DNA of 64,000 nucleotides from Takakia lepidozioides (taxonomy: Eukaryota > Plantae > Bryophyta). Shown piece after piece: positions 24,252 through 36,600 of this stretch. Location: contig CM060731.1 in assembly GCA_030704615.1 (NCBI GenBank), positions 71,672,001 to 71,736,000 on the forward strand, read 5' to 3'. The notes under the pieces were generated by a model. That model ran no database searches. It worked only from the letters and a program-made list of their open reading frames with translations, and was not told the DNA's origin. Each line of letters starts with the position of its first letter. Positions within the stretch are counted from its first letter, which is position 1. The position numbers and the translations under genes were made by a program.

Positions 24252-27200
24252 CTCAGCATCAGACCGCTCCTGAACTGGGCTCTGGGGCTCTCCAGGTGTG
24301 GGACTACGGCGCTGCTGATCTGGAGAAGCACTAGGCTGGCGTTCAGGCGATGCACTCCTGCGTCCTGGCGAAGCTGATACACTGCGGGCCACCAGGGATG
24401 GACTTCGCTGCATTGGAGAGGCACTTCCCCTGATACCAACAATAAACATCTCAGTCACTTGCCACACCGCAGGTCGTCAATCCTATTTGACATAATGGTG
24501 GAATTACTTACACTATACATACTAACATTTGATTTTTCTGGCAAAAGACCTGACATTCTTAGGTCTTCTCCAATTCAACGGCGACCTCATCCCCAGCACA
24601 AAGCCTCCCAAGAAAAGGCCCTGAACTGACCTTGGAACATCATGTGGAGAAGAGTCACCATTTCTTGCAGTATCCTTCAATGGCTCTCCCGACCGTGAGC
24701 CTTTTCGAGGACTGCGACTCAGGCTTCGGCTCGGACTACGATTAGGACTGGCACTCCGACCTCTGCTTGGGCTGACCAAAACCAGATCCAAATTGAGATG
24801 GAATAATATCCAGCACATCACACACACAATTTCATTCATAGTCAAAGCAACCGTGGCTCTGAAAAATATGATATCTTCTCCCTCACAAGGAATATAAAAT
24901 GCAGGTGAACAACATACTACCACAAACCCACAATACCAACCACTTCTGGAAGCAAACATACATCTGTCATAGACAACATGTTCCTCACTCAATTCCCTCG
25001 AACATGACATGGACCACTTCAAATGTAAGGTGACTACCCCTCCAACACAATGTTTGGCATACCTGCGTCGCGTGACCGGTGAAACTCTGCCTACAGGTGA
25101 TATGCTTCGAGAGCGACGACGCACATCCTCTTTCCCACGATCACGACTTCGGCTGTGACTGCGAGTGGGACTGCGCCGCCGAGAACTACGACCCCTTTCC
25201 CGACCTTCACGATGGCGGTCCCGTTCAAAGCGGTCACGGCTGCGGCTGCCGCGCCGATTGTCTCGGTCACGATTCTCTTCTCTGTACCTCCGGCTACAAA
25301 AGGCCATACAGACAATTCAGCCCAACACTCTCTAAATCAAAAGACTTGCTGCCATGCGCCGCTTCCACATTCGGTTCCGTCACATACATTTATTTAATGT
25401 TGACAAGGACAAAACCCGATGACTGCATTAAGTAGAGCACACACCCTCAGTTGGAGAAGGTTTCCCACTGTGAGAATCAAGTTATACTGCTGCCTACAGA
25501 GGTTATAATCCTAATTCAGCGTTAGAAGCTTTCACCCACATCTCAAAATGAGATGGTGAGACCACACAAAGTAGAGCACCAAGACAGGTTCCAAGCAGGC
25601 AGAGCCAGAAAAAGATGGGCAAGATCAAGAAGTAGGGTATCCTTTCAGTTTCCCTGACATCAGGTCTGACTGGCAGCAGTGGCGAACCAAAGAATGAGTG
25701 AGGTGTCCAAGTTTACTTGTCTTTTCTGCATCCTTGGATGCTGCAAGAGGCATAGGACATGGAAGGGGGAGGCTAGGCTAATAAGACAGGCCTGCTACAG
25801 AGAGGTGGTGCTTCCACTAAGGCTGTGAGCCAACTTGTTGCTGGTCTGTTCCATACCCAGGAGATGAGGGTAAAGCATGAGCTAAAGAGACATATGTGTT
25901 GCCTCTGATGTTAAGACTCCTGCTCTTATAAAAGAGAGCCACTGCAAAGACAGTTGTTCAAACCTCCTGCAACCATAGCATACAATATAGCACCAACGAG
26001 GTGTGGTTGTCGAAGAACATGCTTAGGTCACCACTGCAGGAAAAGTTGATCAACCTGTAGTACAGCTTGGAGTTCAGCCTAAATGATGTAGACTCTGGTC
26101 TCCTAACAGCAAAGTATTTGTTTACTCATTATTACACAACAAAACCCTTGTCAAGGCTTCAATAGGCAGATAAATTGTCATAGTGCTGTTAGTAAATAAC
26201 CATGCCATTACTTAAGGATGAGTCAAGCTTTTCTAGTCATAGCAGGCACCAACTCACATAACACATGCACATTGTGAGCCTGCCATGAAGCCTTCACATG
26301 TTGACCAGATCAAGGTGAATTATCATTATCTCATATGTTGTCTCTTTCACATAATGTACCCACTGGTGAGTGTCGTCTACCTGGAGCGTCTCGGACTCCT
26401 ACTCCTGGATCTGCTGGGCTTTGGGCTTGCCTGTGTGATTCTCCCCCGCTGGCTGCAAGCCAACACAATTAACTCATTCAGTGTGGTAAAGATCCCGATC
26501 ATATCATCATGCCAAAATTGTGGTGATGGGGTTGCGAAGTACTCAACCACCCCAGATTTTTGAACACTTCAAATCAATAAACAGTCAAATGACAGAGAGA
26601 TGTCATTGATGTGCCAAAACCTCATTGGGACAACTCTCCCTCCACTGTTTTTCCCACACACACAACTACAAGATAGCCACCATAATATGGATACATGTAA
26701 TGTGTACAGAACCAGCTACATGGGGGTCCAACTTCCTGAGGCACACACATTAAATGTGCACAAGGCAAGACACAAACCTGCCTGTTGGATCGTTGACTCC
26801 AAGGCTAGCTGCCAGTTAGAAAGAGCCGTCAGCTGCGTAATTTCTAAACGAGATCCATGAAAAGCCGTGTGCCGAACGAGTGGTTCTTCAGGTGTTTACA
26901 ACACCATAAACCCAACCTGAACTACTCAAACCCGCAGAGGCTTGCTGATTGCAAGTGACTCCCTAGACTTCAGCAACTGACCAACAATGGTTGCTTGAAA
27001 TTACTGCATAAAATGCAGCCCGCACAGATTTCAGAGCGCTCAGGCCTGAGACCAACACAAACACAGCCACTGGCGATGTCATGTGCTCTTTTGACCATGA
27101 GAGAGGTGCCGGCTCAGCTCAAGCCATTAGAGGATGCCTGTTTCTAGCTGCTCCGCAGGCTAAGACAGCTGGTGAGTAGCTGAAGACTCACATGGATTCA

Positions 27201-29908
27201 TCGTTCCGACCGTACTTCGCATACTGCACCACGATGTCTCTTCCATCAACATTCCTACCTGCATCAAACAGACAGGGATAAAGGGGAGATTAGGAGACTT
27301 CATATCACTTACATGATCTCCATCTCCCGACCATACTTCGCATACTGAACCACCATGTCCCGCCCATCAACATTCCTGCCTGCAACGCGGAAAAAGTTGA
27401 GACATTAATTTACATGTGCAAAAGAGAAGGCTTGAGGAGATATGTGCAAAGGTACGTGGACCTTCCCCCCATTCTCTGGCTTTTCCTCTTTGCTCCACCT
27501 GCTTAAAGAATACCAGCAGGGTCGCCGACTCAAGCCCTTGTCGACTGAACGCCGAGGGCTACAATAAACAGACTACTGTGTCCCCAAATGTCAATAGTAA
27601 GCCAGAGCGTCGAACATTTGACCTCATGGGAAAAACTACATAGCAGTACGCTTAGTAACTGTGTGCCAAACTTATTAAAAATCCAACTCGTGGGTGTTGG
27701 TGTGTACTTGAGACATGCCATACTTGCATCTGCGACACTTATGTCACAGCAAACTTGGAACCAGGCACCAGTAGGAATGTGCCAATTGCCACCCAAAGCA
27801 AGGCAAGGAAAAAAGCATAAGGGGTAGCAGAGTAATGCTATCCCATTCAAATTCAATATGGCTTGAATAAAACAGCTTCCCCAGCTACTGTTTATCGTGA
27901 CTTTTGCCACTCCACTGTACGAGTAAAAGCTTACCACCAAATCAAACAGATCATTCTGAAAGACTTGATGCTGAGAAAGCCGGCGAAGTTCCTAGTCCCT
28001 TACCAAACTCCCTTAAAATGAGCCCCCACTTAACATAGTATCAATGTCTTGAAGAGAGCACCTCATGACCTATTCCACTCCACTGCTTGAAAACACGGCA
28101 CCTAACGACCTAAAAGAACAAACCCCAATCCCTGTGCATCTAATGGGTGACCCACTTGGTGCAACAGCAGTGCTAGTTCTGTGACAAGTGGTCAAAACTT
28201 CTCCAGTTGAAGCTTGAAACAGTAATGGGCAAATAAGCAGAACACTGATAGTTTAGGAACAGCCCTCTTATGCACAGCTGAGGGCACCTGCCTTGCTCCA
28301 CTCAGCAGTCGGAAGGTAAAGACCGATAAGTATTTTTACAATACAGAAACAACTCATCACTGTTTCAGAATTGCTAAAAGTTTGTTGCAGCTCAATGGAA
28401 CAGGAACTAATATAATTCCAGACAAGTCGAGCAATGAAGAGAGCACACTGAGCTAGCTGGCAATCATGTTCCATCTCACGAACAACAAAGGTGATGATAG
28501 TCGGCACTCAACACAATTTGGTGAGGTATACTACCATCCAAACGTTCTATTGCCTTCTGTGCCTCATCAGCATACTTGTAGCGTACGAAGGCGAATCCAC
28601 GAGACTCCCCGGTCCTGTCGTCAATTAGATCCACGGCTAAGATCACCCACTTTCACATACTAGTAGCAGCACCAACTGTAGCAAACAACTTCCAACATCT
28701 GATGACCACATAGATTTGATATATGACATACACACAGCAGAACTTACCTTCTGATATGATTCACGGAGAGAGAGCCACAGAGAGAGAGAGAGAGGGAGAG
28801 AAGTTTTGTGCCATTCCATTATGCTCCTGCTAAACAACAGACTGTTTGAGGGGGCACGAAGAAACTACCTGCGATCTCTTGGGATGAAGATGTCCACCAC
28901 CTTTCCATACCTGTCAAACAAGGGAAACAGATCATCTGCACTTGTCCCTGCAGCATGATCCAAAAGCATCCGTCAGGTCAAAGAGCACATCCATAACTTA
29001 AGGAAACCCAAAAACAGATCACCTGCAGGTTCTCTACAATGCAAGATGGAATGCCGGGTCCGCGACAGCTGTGTGGGTCATTCACCTTTTGTAGCCATTA
29101 GACCAGAAAGTCATCATATCTGCTACTTTACTCTTCCCTCTCTCGAAGTCTGGCATTTAAGGTATTGAATAGGTGGAAAAATGTGTACAAATTCTGACAC
29201 TCGTTAAGTAGTGAGCACCAATCTCACAGAAAGTCAGGCATGAACTGTAAATTAACACCACAAGACAACGGAAGCACCGAGAAGGAAAGAATGGAGGTGG
29301 AAAGCGTTAGTCATCAAAATGAACTGTAGTCCAAGCAGCTCATTCGATTCTGTAGAATGGGGACTAAAAATTGATGCACTCCAGGTGTCTAGGCTTTGTT
29401 TAGAACCGTGGTGCTTTATGGCTCGTGCTCGCGTGTAAGTTGTTAGGCCTGTTGCTAGGATGTCCAAAAGCCATGTTTTCCGACTTCCACCGCTGCTGGT
29501 GCTACCAAGGCGTTTCATATAATGTTAGGCCACTAGCGGACTTACTTCCATGTGACGTGATGTACCTGTTTCTTCATAGTTTACGACTCTCCAGTTAACT
29601 TAAAAGCCCTAAAGAAAGAAGACAAACACAAGCACTAGAAATTGTATGAAAACCAAATTGGCACGGTCAGCTGGTGTGTTGCATAGAAGAGCAACTTCCT
29701 CACTCCTCAAAAAGGGCACCTTAACGAAATCACAGAAAAAGTGCAAAAGAAGACGCACAACTAACCAAAGCCACACATCACGTAAAACTGCAGCGATAGA
29801 ATAGAAGATCGTGAAGAGACGGGAGCACATACGGAATGTAATGTTGAGAACCAGCAACGAATGCGTATCTCTGATATCTGGTGGGCCGGCCCTCCCGAAG
29901 TGCGACAT
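24252..29908 (-). CDS. SC35: SC35-type SR splicing factor; exons 29908-29833, 28947-28869, 28614-28535, [27379-27313 or 27258-27192], 26452-26381, 25293-25063, 24771-24631, 24429-24252; last exon unresolved
   Basis: MSHFGRAGPPDIRDTHSLLVLNITFRTSADDLFPLFDRYGKVVDIFIPRDRRTGESRGFAFVRYKYADEAQKAIERLDG followed by an RS domain. All listed junctions are GT-AG with consistent phases. Confidence 0.95.
27192..27258 (-). CDS. SC35: SC35 alternative exon 4b (GRNVDGRDIVVQYAKYGRNDESI)
   Basis: 67 nt, bounded by atgcag and gtgagt. Confidence 0.85.
27313..27379 (-). CDS. SC35: SC35 alternative exon 4a (GRNVDGRDMVVQYAKYGREMEII)
   Basis: 67 nt, bounded by ttgcag and gtaagt. Confidence 0.85.
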
Positions 29909-29973
29909 CGTGTGGGGTTGCGCAGAGCGTGGGTGTGCGAGAGGGAAAGGAGAGAAGAGAAGCTGCGGATACC

Positions 29974-30017
29974 AAACCCTAACTGAGCGGCCCAGGCCGT
30001 TTATAAGAACCCTAAAT
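29974..30017 (-). promoter_or_regulatory. Candidate SC35 core promoter: telo-box, site II and TATA
   Basis: AAACCCTAA at 29974-29982 (+), TGGGCC at 29994-29989 (-), TATAAA at 30005-30000 (-), second AACCCTA near 30009. Confidence 0.55.
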
Positions 30018-32107
30018 TTCCAACACAAAGAAAGCTGGGAATTGAAACAAGATATTTTTTTTTAAATTTAAAAATTGTGAGCCACGAGTATTTATGCAGA
30101 AAAATCATATACATATAAACAAAATCAACAATTGAAAATAATTGAAAATAATTATAATAATTTTACAATTGGTGGAGTTACCGTCACGGCCTTTACTGGT
30201 ATTGTTTTCCTTTTTGTTTTTTCTTAATTTTATTAATGGCAGCAGCTCCTTTTCTTTTTTTGAGAAAGTTTTATTTTATTTTTAAAAACACTTGGTGGAG
30301 TGTGTGAATTGACGGTGTTGATGGAGTCGGACATGGACCGGAGTCTTTTTTCTTTCTTTTTGTTCCCCATTCATAAGTTATAACAACTACCATAAGTTTT
30401 CCTTTCAAAATGTAAAACAGAAAAACAAAAATAATAATAATAATAATAATAAGGGAGATGGTTCTTCTGGAAGAGTCCTGTAAGAGACAATGGTAAAGCA
30501 AGGTGGATGTATGTTTGAGAAACTCAAATGCCTTTGTTACTTTCATCTGTCACAAAATTAGATCTAATCTCAGTGGATTGTTGATGTTGTTTAATCTCTG
30601 ACCCTTTTTGCAAACCCTTTTTTAATTCAGAGTGGTGGTTTAGAAGTGAATGAACATCCTCACCTACTGCCTCTGCTATATGACCCACATTTGTTGTTGT
30701 ATACTCCATGTTGTGTCAACTTCATGTGCTTATAGGGGAAGGGCAGCTGATGAGGCCCTTCAGCCGTTTTCGAATGCGCTTACGGCGGAAGGGCCTCATC
30801 AGGATCTTAGTACCTGTGGAATAATAACTTGGCCATAGTCATGTCCGCCGTGGGCTTCCTTCATAACATGTTCTTCATAGAGGCTCCCATGCAAGCCAAC
30901 CTCGCCGGACCTACCTAGCGTCATAATTACGTAGCTCGTTTCCTCCTCAATGTCTGTTAGCAACTTCTGACTGCTATCACCATCCGTTCTCGCAAAATCA
31001 TTTAGATTGGGCATGCAGAACGATCGAATGGGTGAAACTGCACCATGTGTGTCATATAGACCAAGAGCAAAGGACAAGAATGTTGGGCTTGGACATGGTG
31101 TACGAGTGAAGGAGAAGTCTGTGATGTGGGGGGCACAAACATGAGTATGTGTTGCCACTGGAACAGGGCTCATGATGTGTAACTCAACAATTGTTTGCAA
31201 AGACGGCCTGGTATCCACTGTAGGAAGCTTGGGCGCAGGTATTTCTGCCAATTCCTCTTCTATAAGGCTATGGGCAATGACTCCTGAACACTGCTGGAAC
31301 TGAGAAGAGGTTTCACCACGCTGCATTTCAGAGTCCACGAGCAGTCCTATGAAGGAAACATCACAAGCCATAAGTGTCATTTGACTTGGAATAGGTATAA
31401 AATTGTCCGAACCTGAAGCTGTCCCCTTGCACTTGCCTTTCATTGATCAAGGAAATAGCATGTTCATGCTCTGCAATTGCATCCTCACAGGTTGCATTGT
31501 CCTCCACACTTGTAGCCGGCGCCTTACCACTCTCCTCAACTATGTTTTCCACATTTTGCATGTTCTGCAAATCTTCAACAGCAATGGATAGGCGCACACT
31601 TAATCTTTCATCTCGAGCGTAAGACAATATGCAAGATCGACTAAGACCCCTAAAAGGACATGCAAGAGGATGGTTCTTCCCCATAGAAAATTTCACAAAT
31701 AGTTTCAAGGCTCGCATAATTTGGGGGCATGTCTTCTCCACATCAACAGCACCTCTAACCTGCTCCATAGATGCAGCGACGATCATGTCAAGCTCTTCCT
31801 TTGTGTGGTTCCAAGGCTGTTCTAGCCCAGTAGGCAATGGATTTGCCTTCAGCATTACATGCAAAAGGGACCAACCCCACTTCTTCAACTCCTCCCGACG
31901 TCGGATAATGTTGTCAAATTTCTAAAGCTCCGCTGCAACATACACTCCTTCTCTTCAGTTTATGTTTTGCAACCTCTTTTTGAATTTGGTACAACTCATT
32001 GTTCTGCAGGAACATGAGGTACTCCCAAAGCCTGTAAAACTCATCTGTTCGTGCCTCTACCTTAGGTTCCCCATTTCGTAGGCGTCTAAAGTTGTCCAAA
32101 GTGGCCT

Positions 32108-32703
32108 TGTCGCGCACCTCACTTCGGTAAACTCCCCTTCAAGTCATAGTTACTTTGATGCGCGCGCCTGACTCCCAACCTGGCCGCCGGGCCAACTTGG
32201 AGTTTCGGCTGCTCACCGGGACATAACGGTCCCCTTTCGCTTCCCTCTAAAACCCTCCACCTAATTGGGACTAGGAGAATTCCCTTTGGTAGATGGCAGT
32301 CCGGAACAGCTCCCCACTCTTTGGTCGCTTTCCGGCTCGCTCGCTTACTCACTAGTTTTTGGTCACCAACGGGCTTGCACCGTTCTCGGGGTTACTACTC
32401 CCCTTATATACCATGATGAGTCCCAAGACTCCCCACGACTCCCACCACGAGGTCTCCGCCCCCATGGTGAGTCCTATGCCACCCCCACTAAGTCCCACTA
32501 AGCTACCACCACCCCTTGTGGAGCCACCCCCACCGCAACCCGGTGTGCGGGGCTCCACCTAGTGAGCGCCTCTGCTTCCCTGAGTGCCTTGGGCACTCAA
32601 GGGTGCTTCAACCCCCCTTACCTATCGCTGCCGCTGCCCCCCACCATAGGGGCAGCCCCTCATGTGTCCCGACCCCCTGCCCTCAAGGCAAAGGGCCGCG
32701 ACA
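32108..32703 (-). repeat. 3' LTR (596 bp, internal deletion)
   Basis: Near-identical to 38224-38946 but lacks about 130 bp. Confidence 0.95.
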
Positions 32704-33609
32704 CACACCCCTACCAACAGGGAGTCGATGTCCTCATCGACTTGTCCATTTTGTAGAAACGAACATCCAAGTTGTGGCGTCCCACATCAAGGAGTTTGTT
32801 TCTGTACCATGGCGTCCCATGGCAAAGAACCAAACCCCACACTTGACTCTACTCTCCACTAGCTAGTTCGGCCGACTTCCTCCAAGTCCCGGCCAAGGGT
32901 GGAGCCTCTCCAGCTCCTCCCAGTGCACTCTTCTTGGCCTACTTCAAGGCCAAGGAACGATCCTCCCCGAGGATCGAATCGCCTTACTGCAACAACATTG
33001 CTTGCGATCGCTCATGATGCCGCTTTTGGCATCACCTTGAGCAAGGGTTCACCTGGAACCCTCTTTGACTATGAAGATAACCTTGAACCAACCATGCGCC
33101 CCAATCACTACAATTGGGTCCGCCTTGGAATGCTGGCCTGAGGTACGGGAACACGCCGAAGCCGCACTACGACTTCGTCCCGAGGCTACACGATTATAGT
33201 ACGTGAACGGAAGCACGTAGCTTCCGCGTTAGCCCGCACTACAAGGCAACCCCCTCGGTAGCGCAGTTATAGTACGCGCACGCGCCAGGTGCGCACTAGC
33301 ACGCGAACTCCCAAATAAGGCGCAAGTTTCCTTGCCCCTTGGATGGGAGTCACCCGATTTCGGCACTGCGCAAACACACGATTAACCCAATTTACCTCTC
33401 CCACTTTTGTAAGCTAGCATGCATTCTACACACTAGCCAACCGCACCATGCATCACCATTCCAAACACAATAGGACGCACAATATTTGGAACCCATTTCC
33501 TTTATAACAAATTTTTGTACAATACAAGTTTTTGCAATCGGATTCCTGAGCTAGCTAAACCGGGTTAAGTATGCATTTCCTCTCCCACGCTCCAAGGTTG
33601 ATGTCCCCA

Positions 33610-36600
33610 TCAACGTTTCTTCCGCTTTTGAGGTCGCCCTTCGAACGCTGCAACTGCCTCGGATGCGTTTCCCATTTCTGAGGCACGCACCCAAGATGCC
33701 TCCACAAGATGATAGCCCTTCCATTTGACGAGATACTCCGTTTCTCGGTTCTTGAACCTCCTCGACTTAAGTATTGCCTCCACCTCGTACTCAGGTTCAT
33801 TTTCATGATCCAACAGCATAGGTGGCAGACGCAACACTTGCTGCCGATTCGGACGTGCTTCATCTTTGAAGTAAGGCTTCAAAAGGGAGACATGGAATAC
33901 TGGGTGCACCTTGCTGTTTGCCGGCAGCTCCAATTCATACACATCCTCATTCATAACCTTCCGAATGCGAAAGGGACCCGCATACGGAGGTACGAACTTC
34001 GGACTCACTTCCGGAGGTAGTCGAAAATTCTTGATGTTCAACCAGACCTCTGTGCCTGCCTCAAACTTCACTTCCCTCCGCTTCCGATTCACCTGCCTTT
34101 CATACCATTTCCTAGCTTTGGCAATGTTGTACTTTGCGAGCTTCAACAAACGCTCGCGTTCTTCCAGTACCGCCGCTACTGCCGGTTCCTCAACGTCCTG
34201 GGCGGCCCAACTTGTCGGCACCAGAGGTGCTTTTCCATAGACCAACACAAAAGGGGAAACTCCCGTCGCGGAGTGTTCTGTGTTATTATAACAGAACTCT
34301 GCCGCGTCTAAGTGTTCCATCCAGTCTGATTGGTCTGCCGACACGTAATTCCGCAAGAATTGCTTCACTACGGAATTCACTCTTTTCGTTTGGCCGTCCT
34401 CGTAGGTCGGAAGGCGGTGCTCATCTTCAGCCTCGTCCCCATCTTCTTCCAAAGTGCTCTCCAGAATTTACTCGTAAACTTTGGATCGCGGTCCGAGACA
34501 ATATCCTTCGGAACTCCATGATGCTTTAAGACGTGGGCGAAGTAAAGTCGCCCTGTCTCCTGCGCCGTTGCCGTCTCCTTGGTGGGGATGAAATGGGCCA
34601 TTTTACTGAACCTATCTACCACCACCATGATTGCATCGAATCCTTTTGACAGCGGCATAGCAGTCATGAAATCCATCGAGACGCTTTCCCAAGTCCCCTC
34701 TGGAATCGGCAAGGGTTGTAACAGCCCCGCTTGCTTTTTGTACTCGCTCCGGTTTTGTTGGCATGTGGTGCATGTCTTCACATACTCCTCTGCCTCCTCC
34801 CTCAGTTTGGGCCAGAAATACTCTTTCTTCAAGAGTGTCGCAGTGCGCTTGGCTCCACCGTGGCCCGCAAGCGGGCTATCATGGCATTCTCTCAAGAGAC
34901 TATCCCTGATCCCTCCCTTCGGCACGTAGAGACGCTTTTGCTTATACCGGAGCAGTCCATTTGCAAGTGGAACTGCGATTTAACCCCCATCCTCAAGTCT
35001 TGCATCACGGACTTCGCCAGCTCATCCTTCCGCAAGCCTTCCGGATCTTCCTTGGAGTGCCGTCTCGCCCTTGTACACCAACAAGAGCTGCTGCTTTCTA
35101 CTTAAAGCATCGGCCACCACATTGTCCCGTCCCGGTTTGTACTGGATATCCACGTCGAACACTGCCAAAGTATCTTGCCACCTAAGTTGTTTTGGGGACA
35201 ACTTGGGCTGCGTGGCAAAATACTTCACTGTGACATTGTCCGTGAACACCTTCACTGGGTTGGAACCAACATAGTGGCGCCAGAGCTCAAGGCAATGCAC
35301 CACCGCCTTCATCTCTTTTTCGTGCGTTGGCCACCGTCGCTCCACTTCATTCAGTTTCTTACTTTCGTAAGCCACTGGCCGTCCATCTTGCATAAGTACA
35401 CCCCCAATTGCGAAGTCCGATGCATCTGTATGAATCTCAAACGGACGATCGAACTCCGGGATTTTCAAGACTGGAGCTTCCGTCATCCGCTGCTTCAATT
35501 CAGCAAAAGCTTGGCCACAAAATGTGTTCCATACCCAGACTTTGGATTTACACAGAAGGTCCGACAGCGGCCCCGCGATCTTGGCGAAATTTCTCACATA
35601 CTTCCGGTAATAGGAGGCGAGTCCTAGGAAGGATCGCACTCCCGGGACCGAAGTCGGAGGCTCCCAGTCCAAGATCGCCCTCACCTTTCTGTCATCCATT
35701 TTGATCCCATCCTGTGTAATCACATGCCCCAAGAACTCCACTTTTGTGACCCCGAATTCGCACTTTGAAGCTTTGGCATACAGCTTCCCTTCTCGCAATT
35801 TCTGGAACACCCTTTCGAGATGCTCCAGGTGCTCCTCCTTTGTTTTCGAGTACACCAAGATGTCGTCGATGTACACGATCACAAAGTCATCCAACCACTC
35901 CTGGAAAAGGCTGTTCATCAGCGTGCTAAATGTCGCTGGTGCATTGGTGAGCCCAAAAGGCATCACCAAGAACTCATATGAACCATACCTTGTCCTGCAC
36001 GCGGTCTTCTCCTCATCTCCTTCTGCCACCCGAATTTGGTGATAGCCGGAGCGCAAGTCGATCCGGCTGAAATACTTCGCTCCTGCCAACCGATCGAAGA
36101 GGTCGTCGATCCTTGGCAAAGGGTACCGGTTTTTTATAGTCACCTTATTCAGAGCCATGTAATCGACACACATCCGCAGCGTCCCATCCTTCTTGTCTGC
36201 AAATAGCACCGGGGCTCCGTAAGGTGACTTACTCGGCCGGATGTACCCCTTTGACATTAGATCCTTGAGCTGAGTCTTCAGCTCGACCAACTCTTTGTGG
36301 CTCAACCGGTAGGGCGCCTTGGCAGGCGGTCCCGATCCCGGTATCACCTCAATCTTGTGGTCAACTCCTCTTCGCGGTGGCAAGCCGCTTGGTAAATCCT
36401 CCGGCATCACATCCTGGTATTTCTCCAAAATCCCCTTGATCCAATCTGGGCTCGGCTCCCCATCGCCTTCTCCTTTCACTTCTCTAATGTAAAGCAAAAA
36501 CTGGGACTCGTGTGCCTCCTCCACGGCCCACTCCTTTGCTGACAGAAGGTTTATTCGCCCTCCCACGGATTTGGGCGTTTCCGACACTCGTAAAACCTCG

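Noticed and set aside
25717-25740. Possible 24-nt in-frame micro-exon in SC35
   Set aside because: AG/GT are present, but the donor is weak and the peptide is not RS-like; unsupported without RNA data.
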